DNA of 64,000 nucleotides, from the NCBI GenBank assembly GCA_050183355.1, contig JBFXBH010000001.1, positions 38,840-102,839 on the forward strand. The letters are read 5' to 3'. The position numbers and the translations under genes are program-made. Of the stretch, positions 8,455-16,451 are shown in pieces (the first letter of the stretch is position 1; the number at the start of each line of letters is the position of its first letter). The DNA comes from Vicinamibacterales bacterium (lineage in GTDB: Bacteria; Acidobacteriota; Vicinamibacteria; Vicinamibacterales; UBA2999). The notes under the pieces were generated by a model. It worked only from the letters and a program-made list of their open reading frames with translations. It had not been told where the DNA came from and did not search any database.

Positions 8455-9950
8455 GCCGTGGCCCCGTCTCGCTTGCGCTCGGCCTTGCGGCGCGCCGCGG
8501 CCCGCCCGGCGGCCCTGGCGGCCGGCGCGAGGAGCGTCGTGAGCAGTCCGTCGAGGACCGAGCGGCGACGGGGGGCCGGGTGAAGGCGAGGCAGAGACTC
8601 GATGGCGGCCACGAAGTGCTCGGCGGCTGGTGCCGACATGCCGTGTGGCCGGACGAATGCCTCGACGAACGCGCGGCTGCGCGCCGCGAACGCCGACGGG
8701 TCGGCAAGGATGGGCGACAACTGCCGCAGGTGCGCATCGAGGCTCGGCGCCAGGTGCAGCAGGCCGCCGTTGACATCCTTCAGATGCTGGAAGTGCAGCG
8801 TGCCTTCCTGGGTTCCGGCGAAGTCATCCGCCTGGATCGCGCACACCGGTCGCCCGACGATGCCGGACTCGATCTGCGCGCTCGTGTTGATGCCGACGAC
8901 GGCCACGGCGTGGAACATCGAATCGAAGTAGTCCGCTCTCGCGTCGGCATCCACCGGGTTGGCGCCGGCACGGGGATAGACGGCGACGCGTGGATCGTCG
9001 ATGACGACATCGCTCCACTGCTCGGCATTCTGGGGGTGCGGCCGGATGAGCACGTTCGCTTCCCGGACGCGAGCGTCGCTCGACCCGCGGAGCGCAGCGA
9101 TCCAGCGGCGCACGAATGGCACTTCCCGTGGCGCGATGAATGGCGAGGAACAGAGATAGAGCAGGATCGGACCGTCCGCCGGAAGACCCACCTTCGCGCA
9201 GAACGTCTCACGCGCCGTCGACGGCTGCTGCGTGAACCAGTGGTCGTAGGCCTGGGCACCGGTCACGATGACCTTCCCGGACGCAACGCCGTGAATCTCG
9301 TGCGCCTCCCGGCGCTGCATCTCGTTCCAGACCGTCATGCGATCCGGGACCTCATGGATCATCCCCTTCGTCGTCAGGTGGTCCCAGCTGCCCACGCAGT
9401 GGCACACCGGGATGCCGCGATCGCGGGCGGCGCGGACAACATCGACCTGGGGTGAGCCGAAGTACAGGAGCGGCGTCACGAGCAGGACATCGGGACGCAA
9501 CTCGTCGAGCATCGATGCCGGCACGGTTCCCGCCGGCAGTGCCCGCTCCACCCGCCGTACCGCGGCGCGCAGCACCGCGACACCGGCACGTGATCCGATG
9601 ATGGGCCAGGCCGCGACGGACACCGCCGCGCGCGGGGCCTGGTGCGCGGCACGCTCGCGCAGGCTCGTCGCCCGGTCGTAGCGCGTCTCCAGGTACCGCC
9701 AGTAGTCGAGACTAAGCCGCAGCTTGAGCGAGAGCAGGTGGAACGGGTCACCCTTCCGCGACGGTACGTAGCTGCTCGTGAATGCGCCCGGAACCGCAGC
9801 CGTGAGGTTGTCGATCGTGCGTGTGCCGCCGAGGCGGTCCTGTCGATCGGCGAGCAGGTGGACCGTGTGCCCGCGCTGAGCCAGGAGCCGCAGCGCCGGC
9901 TCGAAGTTCCTGAGGAATCCGAAGTGGGAAACGTAGAAGAGAATCTTCAT
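8451..9950 (-). CDS. Family-Y protein, 499 aa; first gene of the 9950-to-left-edge operon
   Basis: Full ORF. MKILFYVSHFGFLRNFEPA; PDVLLVTPLLY; SWDHLTTKG; VWNEMQRREAHEIHGVASGKVIVTGAQAYDHWF; LIRPHPQ; VVGINTSAQIESGIVGRPV; TQEGTLHFQHL; FVRPHG. Confidence 0.8.
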   Translation of the reverse strand: MKILFYVSHFGFLRNFEPALRLLAQRGHTVHLLADRQDRLGGTRTIDNLTAAVPGAFTSSYVPSRKGDPFHLLSLKLRLSLDYWRYLETRYDRATSLRERAAHQAPRAAVSVAAWPIIGSRAGVAVLRAAVRRVERALPAGTVPASMLDELRPDVLLVTPLLYFGSPQVDVVRAARDRGIPVCHCVGSWDHLTTKGMIHEVPDRMTVWNEMQRREAHEIHGVASGKVIVTGAQAYDHWFTQQPSTARETFCAKVGLPADGPILLYLCSSPFIAPREVPFVRRWIAALRGSSDARVREANVLIRPHPQNAEQWSDVVIDDPRVAVYPRAGANPVDADARADYFDSMFHAVAVVGINTSAQIESGIVGRPVCAIQADDFAGTQEGTLHFQHLKDVNGGLLHLAPSLDAHLRQLSPILADPSAFAARSRAFVEAFVRPHGMSAPAAEHFVAAIESLPRLHPAPRRRSVLDGLLTTLLAPAARAAGRAAARRKAERKRDGATA

Positions 9951-10194
9951 ACAGGCACGGGACAGACTCCCGTCCTCTCACTCCCGTCCGGGAGCGCAAT
10001 CATCCGTCCGCGGCGCCGAGGCACGCCGCCAGATGCACCGGCTATTGCCGGTGAGTGCCTAACCCTGACGCCCGCGCCGCGAAGAACGGCCGCTCAAACG
10101 GGCCTGCTGACGAAACCGGAGGCTGGTGACAGGAACGGCCGACCGAAGAACCGGTCGAAGCGGGGGCGGCGAAACTGCTCGGCGCAATTGATGA

Positions 10195-10223
10195 ATCTTA
10201 GTGAGTTTGTGCCGCATTATCAA
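10195..10223 (-). promoter_or_regulatory. Candidate sigma70-like promoter for the family-Y/X operon
   Basis: This is the only AT-rich patch in the 463-bp gap. The minus strand reads TTGATA (10223-10218), a 17-nt spacer, then TAAGAT (10200-10195). It would give a 5' UTR of about 235 nt before ATG 9950. Motif match only. Confidence 0.3.
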
Positions 10224-10413
10224 CGGCTTAGCGGCACTCTGCCAGGCGGGATCCGGCGCAGGATCACGCGTGCCCGCGGCCTCGGTGCGGCTCGTTCCGG
10301 AAACAGGACGCGGAGAGCGGAGATGGCGAGAGTCCCGGCTGCGCGCGATGGGCGCGGAGAGCCTCATCCTGCGGGGGCATCCCGCCTGGGCAGGACGCCA
10401 GCCGGCGACGGAC

Positions 10414-11853
10414 TCAGGCGTCTCCCCGGCCGGACACGCTGGCCAGGAGCGGCCAGGCCGCCGTGTCGACGGGCACGAGGTGGCCGCCTTCGACCTCGCG
10501 GATGGCCGCCTGTGCCGCGTGCAGGTGCGACGCCTGGAACGTCTGTCGCGAGTAGAAGGCGGCGGTATCGACGCCGTACAACGGCGCCAGGTAGGAGAAC
10601 CCGCCGTATGTCCCCACGAACGCCTGGGCGCGGGCGATGACAGCCGACTGGATCGCCAGGTTGTCGTGCAGCGCCTGCCCGGCGTTGATGACATGGACAC
10701 GCTGGCTCGCTCCGGGCGCGAGGTCCGAGTGATCGTCGAGCGCGCCACCGGAGTGCAGCACCACCACGTCACCGCGCTCCGCGAGCCGCTCCACGACACC
10801 GGCGGCGAACCGCCGGTTCTCGGGCATATCCGGAAAGCAGTCACTGAAATAGAACCGCACCGCGGTGTAGCGTTCCGGCAGTCTCGCGCCCCACTCGCCG
10901 AGCGGAGGAGGCACAAGGCGGCGGAAGCTCGTGTACGCGGTCACCCGCGCCAGCGGGGCCTCGCGGCGCCAGTACGGAAAGAACAGCGCGTACATCATCG
11001 CGGGATGGATCAGCCCGTACGCGCCATGACGGTCACGCCGCAGGCGCCGCAGCAGAGTCCGATCGAACTGCGTGAGCCCCCGCTGCTTCTGGCTGCCGGT
11101 GGTCTGCTGACGGAACTCGTCCGGCGTCGCGTGGCCCAGGACCTCCTCGTACTGACCGGCGAGGCCGTCGTACCAGGTCCGCACACCACCTCGCGAGAAC
11201 ACCGTCACCCGGGCGGGATCGATCCCGGCATGCTCCAGCGCCCAGCGAACGAACGGAATCCAGTAGATGAGCTCGAAACCCACCTCGCCGGCCCAGGGCC
11301 CGACGAGCACCGGCCCGTCCCCCCTGGCCAGCCGATCGAGGCGCGCGAGCACGCGCTCCTCGCCGATCTCCACGCTGCGCTCGCTGACACGCCGGAGGAC
11401 CCGGTCGTTGAACTGCAGTTCACGGGTGACGCGGGCCCGAAGCCCGGTCTGGAGCCGTCGCAGCAACTCGACGTCCCTTGCCACTTCACTCATCCGCTCG
11501 GACTGGGAGGCCGCCCGGCGCTGTGCCGCCGAGACGGCGGGGAGTTCGTCTCCGGGTTCGACACTGCGCTCGCTGACCCGCCGAAGCACCCGCTCGCTAT
11601 GCTGCAGTTCCCGCGTCACGCTGGACCGGAGACCCGTATGCAGCTTGTGGAGTTGCTCCACTTCCCGGATGAGCCCGGTCAGTCGCTCGTCCTGCACGAC
11701 GGCGCGGCGCTGCAGCATGGAGACCGCCTCGCGCTGCTCGCGCGCAAACGTCTCGAACCGCTCGCGCTCGCGCTCGGCATCGGGATTGAAAAGGGGCCGC
11801 AGGCGGCGTCCCAGCCGGCCGAGCCATGACGAAGACGGTGATGGTGCGCCCAC
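10414..11853 (-). CDS. Family-X protein with ~150-aa N-terminal coiled-coil/repeat extension, ~479 aa
   Basis: ORF 10414-12267 trimmed to in-frame GTG 11853 (11 nt after the wzm stop); the N-terminus SWLGRLGRRLRPLFNPDAE parallels MGQSLLRRLGIRLAPLFHPMAE of the 47992-49329 paralog. A heptad-like E/R/L/Q-rich region with an internal duplication is followed by VLVGPWAGEVGFELIYWIPFVRW, TVFSRGGVRTWY, YTAVRFYFSDCFP, AQAFVGTYGGFSYLAPLYGV. Confidence 0.7.
   Translation of the reverse strand: MGAPSPSSSWLGRLGRRLRPLFNPDAERERERFETFAREQREAVSMLQRRAVVQDERLTGLIREVEQLHKLHTGLRSSVTRELQHSERVLRRVSERSVEPGDELPAVSAAQRRAASQSERMSEVARDVELLRRLQTGLRARVTRELQFNDRVLRRVSERSVEIGEERVLARLDRLARGDGPVLVGPWAGEVGFELIYWIPFVRWALEHAGIDPARVTVFSRGGVRTWYDGLAGQYEEVLGHATPDEFRQQTTGSQKQRGLTQFDRTLLRRLRRDRHGAYGLIHPAMMYALFFPYWRREAPLARVTAYTSFRRLVPPPLGEWGARLPERYTAVRFYFSDCFPDMPENRRFAAGVVERLAERGDVVVLHSGGALDDHSDLAPGASQRVHVINAGQALHDNLAIQSAVIARAQAFVGTYGGFSYLAPLYGVDTAAFYSRQTFQASHLHAAQAAIREVEGGHLVPVDTAAWPLLASVSGRGDA
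11368..11664 (-). repeat. Intragenic tandem duplication (two ~108-nt copies, 189-nt = 63-codon period) in the coiled-coil region
   Basis: DNA about 11368-11475 and about 11557-11664 align. Peptides: DVELLRRLQTGLRARVTRELQFNDRVLRRVSERSVEIGEE versus EVEQLHKLHTGLRSSVTRELQHSERVLRRVSERSVEPGDE. Confidence 0.75.
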
Positions 11854-11864
11854 GTGATCCCGCG

Positions 11865-12731
11865 TCAGAGCTCGTCCACGGAGGCCGCTTCCGATCGCAT
11901 GAAGTACCACGTCCCGGCCACGAAGAGAATCGGGACGAGGAGTGCGGTGCAGGCGAGCGGAACCACGGGGAACTGCCCGACACCGAGCAGCCCCCACTTG
12001 TAGGTCTCGACCAGCGAGGCCATCGGATTGAGGTAGATCACCCAGTGCAGATGCTCCGGCACCTGCGACATCGGATAGATGATCGGCGTGAGGTACGACC
12101 AGAAGCGCAGGAAGTAGCGCAGTGTGAAGCGGACCTCGCGATGCCGGACCTGCCAGACGGCCGTGAACATCGACAACGCGACGGCCAGCGCGGTCGTGAC
12201 CAGCAGCACCGCGAGCGAAATCGCCCATCCCGGGCCGAACGACAGGTACCACTTTCCGTCCTGCCACAGGTAGTAGCCCGCGCTGAGGACCAGGAGGCCG
12301 AGATAGACCCCCAGGTCCGTGAAGGCCGGCACGACGCCGGCGATCGGCAGAATCAGCCGCGGGAAGTACATCTTCTTCACGAGGCCCTTCTGGCGCTCGA
12401 GGCTTCGCGTCCCGAACAGCAGCGCGCGCTCGAAGAAGTGCCAGATGCTGTGTCCCGCGAGATAGAACAGGAAATACGGCAGGCCGTCAGAGGGGACACC
12501 CAGCAGGCGGCCAAAGATGAAGGCGCCGATCAACAGCGGCAGCAGCGGTCTGGCGAAGAGCCAGAAGATGCCGAGCGTGAACCGCTGATACATCCCCCGC
12601 GTGGAACGGACGGCGAAGAACGTCAGAAGGCGCCGGTACCGCCAGAACTCCTCGACGCGCGCCCGGAATCCGAGCCCGATGGGCTCGATCGTCCATTCCT
12701 CCGGCGCCGGGGGACTAGGTGCGCGCCGCAT
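11865..12731 (-). CDS. wzm: ABC-2 type polysaccharide exporter permease (Wzm/TagG-like), ~288 aa
   Basis: ORF 11865-12857 trimmed to ATG 12731 (MRRAPSPP..), overlapping the end of the ATPase gene by 17 nt. About 6 hydrophobic segments and typical ABC-2 signatures (FWRYRRLL, KKMYFPRLILP, YLNPMASLVE). Confidence 0.85.
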   Translation of the reverse strand: MRRAPSPPAPEEWTIEPIGLGFRARVEEFWRYRRLLTFFAVRSTRGMYQRFTLGIFWLFARPLLPLLIGAFIFGRLLGVPSDGLPYFLFYLAGHSIWHFFERALLFGTRSLERQKGLVKKMYFPRLILPIAGVVPAFTDLGVYLGLLVLSAGYYLWQDGKWYLSFGPGWAISLAVLLVTTALAVALSMFTAVWQVRHREVRFTLRYFLRFWSYLTPIIYPMSQVPEHLHWVIYLNPMASLVETYKWGLLGVGQFPVVPLACTALLVPILFVAGTWYFMRSEAASVDEL

Positions 12732-13995
12732 GCAATGCCTCGATCCGCCAGTCAAGCTTCGGTGCCAGCAGGGCCGCCTTGGCCATGCGCCCCCGGCGCT
12801 GCGGACTGCCGGTGTCGTTCGCGGCATACGCCATGAAGGACAGCGCGTTGTAGGCAACCAGCGTGTACTGCCGTAGTTCTCCCTCGCGCAGCGTGACCAC
12901 GCTCACGGTCACCGAATAGTTGATGTCCGCCAGGAAATGCGCGGGAATGCGCGCGAAGATGGAATAGAAACCCGCCTCGCCGGCCTCGCGGTACTCGGTG
13001 TCATCCGATCGGAACAGGATCTGGTTCTGCGCCTCGAACATCATGGACGACTTGATCGACACCGGCTTGAAGACCTCGACATCCACGCGGATGTAGACAT
13101 CCTCTGAAATCGGCGCCGCGCCGATCTCGCGGCCGTCGGCAGCCACCAGCTTCACGCCGCGGATCGCCGCAAACCGGCTCTCCTGCCGCCCGCGCTCGAA
13201 CCGCGTCGCCTCCGAGTTCATCCAGGTGGCGTCCTGATAGTCGGCGACCACGTCCTCCGGCTCGCCTATCGCCGCGACCGTTCCCTTGTTCATCCACAGC
13301 ACGCGGTTGCAGACACGCATGATCGCGTCCATGTCATGCGACACGAACAACACCGAAAGCCCCTGGCGCCCGCACTCCGCGACCTTCTGCAGGCAGCGCT
13401 CCTGAAACGCCGCGTCTCCGACCGCGAGGATCTCGTCGGCAAGCAGGATCGAGGGGCGCATGTTGATGGCGACCGAAAATGCCAGGCGGAGGTACATGCC
13501 GCTCGAGAAGTGCTTGAGGGGCTGGTCGGCAAACTGATCGATCTCCGCGAACGCGAAGATGTCGTCCATGCACGCCATGGCGTCGGCCTTCGAGAGGCCG
13601 TTGATCGCGGCGTTCATGAACACGTTCTCGCGGGCCGACACGTCGGGATCGAATCCGGCGCCGAGTTCGAGCAGCGAGACCACGCGGCCCGTGCCGGTGA
13701 CACGACCTTCGGTCGGTGGCGTCACACGAGCAAGAACCTTCAGCAGGGTGCTCTTGCCGGCGCCGTTCGCGCCGATGACGCCGAGAATGGTGCCCGGCTC
13801 GACCTGGAACGACACGTGACGCAGAGCCCAGAACTCACGCCGCCTGGACGCCCCCGCGGGTCCCAGACCCAGCCAGCGCTTCGCCACGCTGACACCGCGC
13901 CCAAGCGCGGAAACACCCTCCGGAGCACCCGCCTCGTCCGCGGAACCCGAGACGATGTAGCACTTCCCCAGGTCGTCAATATCGAGATTGACCAT
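12715..13995 (-). CDS. wzt: ABC polysaccharide exporter ATPase with ~160-aa C-terminal extension (Wzt-like, putative glycan-terminus-binding domain), 426 aa
   Basis: Walker A GANGAGKST, signature FSSGMYLRLAFS, Walker B ILLADE, H-loop FVSHD. Residues ~265-426 lie beyond the NBD and look beta-rich (YIRVDVEVF, NYSVTVSVVTL), as in Wzt C-terminal carbohydrate-binding domains. Confidence 0.9.
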   Translation of the reverse strand: MVNLDIDDLGKCYIVSGSADEAGAPEGVSALGRGVSVAKRWLGLGPAGASRRREFWALRHVSFQVEPGTILGVIGANGAGKSTLLKVLARVTPPTEGRVTGTGRVVSLLELGAGFDPDVSARENVFMNAAINGLSKADAMACMDDIFAFAEIDQFADQPLKHFSSGMYLRLAFSVAINMRPSILLADEILAVGDAAFQERCLQKVAECGRQGLSVLFVSHDMDAIMRVCNRVLWMNKGTVAAIGEPEDVVADYQDATWMNSEATRFERGRQESRFAAIRGVKLVAADGREIGAAPISEDVYIRVDVEVFKPVSIKSSMMFEAQNQILFRSDDTEYREAGEAGFYSIFARIPAHFLADINYSVTVSVVTLREGELRQYTLVAYNALSFMAYAANDTGSPQRRGRMAKAALLAPKLDWRIEALHAART

Positions 13996-14019
13996 TCGGC
14001 TAGATCTTACTCGTCCGAT

Positions 14020-15135
14020 TCAGTTCTGACGCGGACGGTCGGGACCGCCGTGGCGCCTGAACACGTGCACACCCCGGCGCAGCCATGCGAGGCCGGATTT
14101 TTTCGCCTGCTTTCGCAGCCGTGCGAACCGGCGCGGCGTTTCCACGCGCACTTCGCGCCAGAACCGCCGGGCCTCCTTGCGATTCCGTTCGACGGTCTTT
14201 TCGACCGTGCGCCAGGCACGGGTGACGGCGCGCGAAGCGGACTGTGACGCCAGACCGGCAGCGCGCCTCGCCGTGGCGCCCGTCCGCGCAAGGTGACGTC
14301 CCCCCGCAGCGACCACGCGCACGAGACCCAGAGACGCGCCGAGCAGGACGGAGACCAGGAGTGCCAGGCCGATCAGCAGGTCGATCGCGAGCGGCACGGG
14401 ACGCACCCACCACGGGAGCTCCCGGTGGCGCCAGGCGAGGCCTGCCAGGCGCCGCCACGGCGCGGTGGACACGACCGGCACCACGGCCGCGATGCGCTCG
14501 CCCGCCAGGTCCAGGAGTCGTGCCACGACACCGGCCTCGTCCGAGCCGGTCTCGATGTGGACGGCCCCGGCGTACCCGGAGGCGCGCACCTGGGCACCGA
14601 CGGCGGCGGATACCGCGATAACGGACGTCGGATCGCTCCACGGCCACGCCTCGTCATCGACCCCGGTCGCCACACAGGCAACCGGGCACCCGATAGCCTG
14701 TGCCGCGCGGATCCACTCCACGGCGGGTGCCGCGGCGCGCGGCCACGACGAGACGACCAGCAGATCTGGACGCAGCCCGCGCAGACCGGCACGCATCGTC
14801 TCGCTGACGGGAGACGTCGCCGCCCGCGTCGCGAGGCGGACCGCCTGAGCCCCCTGCCCCTCGCGCAGGAGCCGGACGGCGAGGACCCGCGCGCGCTCGG
14901 CGTCGTCCAGCCGGGCATCCTGTTCGCGATGCGGTGGCGACACGAGCACCGAGGACCCGCCGTCCGGGGCCGGCGTCCACCGCGTCTGCCGTACGCGGGG
15001 CGTGACCGGCGCGACCGCGGGTACGACAAAGTGCCCCGCCGCGCGGAGCGAGTCCCAGTACGGCCGTACCGATGCGATGGGCGTGGCCGGGTCGTGCAGC
15101 CACACGATGCGCCGGACGTTCGGCACGGCGGTCAC
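14020..15135 (-). CDS. Truncated family-Y-like protein (N-terminal half only) + TM helix + W/R/K-rich basic tail, ~371 aa
   Basis: ORF 14020-15192 trimmed to GTG 15135, which overlaps the upstream TGA (GTGA). RRIVWLHD..AAGHFVV and PDLLVVSSWPRAAAPAVEWIRAAQAIGCPVACV align to the Y N-half. The C-half motifs (RPHP, NTSA.IEA) are absent, replaced by LAIDLLIGLALLVSVLLGASLGLV and the tail RAWRTVEKTVERNRKEARRFWREV..RLRKQAKK. Confidence 0.55.
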   Translation of the reverse strand: MTAVPNVRRIVWLHDPATPIASVRPYWDSLRAAGHFVVPAVAPVTPRVRQTRWTPAPDGGSSVLVSPPHREQDARLDDAERARVLAVRLLREGQGAQAVRLATRAATSPVSETMRAGLRGLRPDLLVVSSWPRAAAPAVEWIRAAQAIGCPVACVATGVDDEAWPWSDPTSVIAVSAAVGAQVRASGYAGAVHIETGSDEAGVVARLLDLAGERIAAVVPVVSTAPWRRLAGLAWRHRELPWWVRPVPLAIDLLIGLALLVSVLLGASLGLVRVVAAGGRHLARTGATARRAAGLASQSASRAVTRAWRTVEKTVERNRKEARRFWREVRVETPRRFARLRKQAKKSGLAWLRRGVHVFRRHGGPDRPRQN

Positions 15136-16451
15136 TCGATCGACGCCCGCGCGATCCAACCATCCCCCATGAACCCGTCGTCCGCGCCCCACTTCCGGAC
15201 GTACTGCAGCCGCACCGTTGCCGACGCCTCGACGGCCAGCGCCTTGAACCGCACCTGACCCTCCGATGGCGTCACACCCCGGTCCAGAAGGTCCAGCATC
15301 TCGCCCACACCCCGCACGATATCCGCGGGCGTGTTGTCGAGATACTCGTACTGAATCGTGTCGCGCACATGCGCCAGGAACGACGGCGTAAGCATCGCCT
15401 CGGGAGTCACGGTCTCACCGGTGCGGCGGTCCACGACGCGCTTGAGCAGGTAGAGACCGTTCGCCCTGATCGGATAGGCGCTGATCGGATCCGTGGCGTT
15501 CACGTTCAGTGTCGGCGTGTTCGTCAGATAGGCCGCGCCAAGCGGTCCCGACTCGCCGGCGATGAGGAAGGTGCTCCGCAGCAGACAGAAGACCTCGAGC
15601 AGGGCTGTCCTGTGCGGCGAGGTCGCGAGGTCGATGAGCCCGGGTCTGGAGACAGGCCGCATGCTGGGGTCTCCCAGGCGGACGACCGTGAAGCCCTTGG
15701 CGACCAGCGCGTCGATGGCCTCGAAGTATCCCGTGATGTCGATATTGCGCGTGGAGTCGTCGCGGAAGCCCGCGCTGTCCTCGCCCGGCGCGGGGCGCCC
15801 CTTGTCGTGCGACTCGTGCCCGAGTTTGAATCCCGCCTCGCGGGCGTGCACGGTGACGATGGGAACGTCAGGGGCCAACCCGAGTGCGCGCGCGTCCCGC
15901 AGCGCCTGCTCGTGGGCGGCCGGCCGGAGCCGGACGGGTACCTCCTCGCGGAGCAGCCGGCGCCGATAGTAGGCGCGCGTATCCAGGGCCGGCAACTGGG
16001 GGAGGCTCTTCTTCAGGCCCTTCATGGCGCGCCTGACCGGATCGGGCACGCGCGGGTTCGTCGCGTACCCGGCCAGTTCATCCTCGAGGGAGCCGCGCCA
16101 CGCCTCCAGCGCGTGGTGCCAGAAGACGGTCCGCCCGTTCAGCAGTTCCTGGGGCCACCAGGCCGCTGCGCAGACCGTGCGACCCACGGGGCCCGGGCGG
16201 ATCATCGGCACGTCGGGCGACTCGATCTCGAAGAGTCCTTCGTTCACCCACGGTTCGGCGTGGTACACGACGAGTCCGGCCCGGCGCATCCGCGCCAGGA
16301 CCAGGGACATCTGCAGTTCGAGGGCGAGGTGACCGTAGTGGACGGCGTCCGGGCGGACCATCAGCCACCCGGGGGCCAGGTGTCGGACGTACTTCGACGT
16401 CAGCCTCGCGGGCTCGACGCCGGTCACCCTGCCCGCGGACCCGTCCGTCAC
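15132..16451 (-). CDS. Family-Z protein (unassigned; putative glycosyltransferase-like), ~439 aa
   Basis: ORF 15132-16532 trimmed to GTG 16451 (GTGA overlap with the methyltransferase stop). Shares long blocks with 31511-32761: YGHLALELQM, VTVHAREAGFK, RN.DI..YF, GFTVVRLGDPSMRPVSRPGLIDLATSPHRT, ESGPLGAAYLTNTPTLNVNATDPISAYPIRANGL, KWGADDGFMGDG. Confidence 0.7.
   Translation of the reverse strand: MTDGSAGRVTGVEPARLTSKYVRHLAPGWLMVRPDAVHYGHLALELQMSLVLARMRRAGLVVYHAEPWVNEGLFEIESPDVPMIRPGPVGRTVCAAAWWPQELLNGRTVFWHHALEAWRGSLEDELAGYATNPRVPDPVRRAMKGLKKSLPQLPALDTRAYYRRRLLREEVPVRLRPAAHEQALRDARALGLAPDVPIVTVHAREAGFKLGHESHDKGRPAPGEDSAGFRDDSTRNIDITGYFEAIDALVAKGFTVVRLGDPSMRPVSRPGLIDLATSPHRTALLEVFCLLRSTFLIAGESGPLGAAYLTNTPTLNVNATDPISAYPIRANGLYLLKRVVDRRTGETVTPEAMLTPSFLAHVRDTIQYEYLDNTPADIVRGVGEMLDLLDRGVTPSEGQVRFKALAVEASATVRLQYVRKWGADDGFMGDGWIARASIE

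Noticed and set aside
9951-10413. Search for a JUMPStart/ops (GGCGGTAG) antitermination element in the long leader
   Set aside because: I found no match to the ops core on the minus strand of the spacer. The element is in any case best known from enterobacteria.
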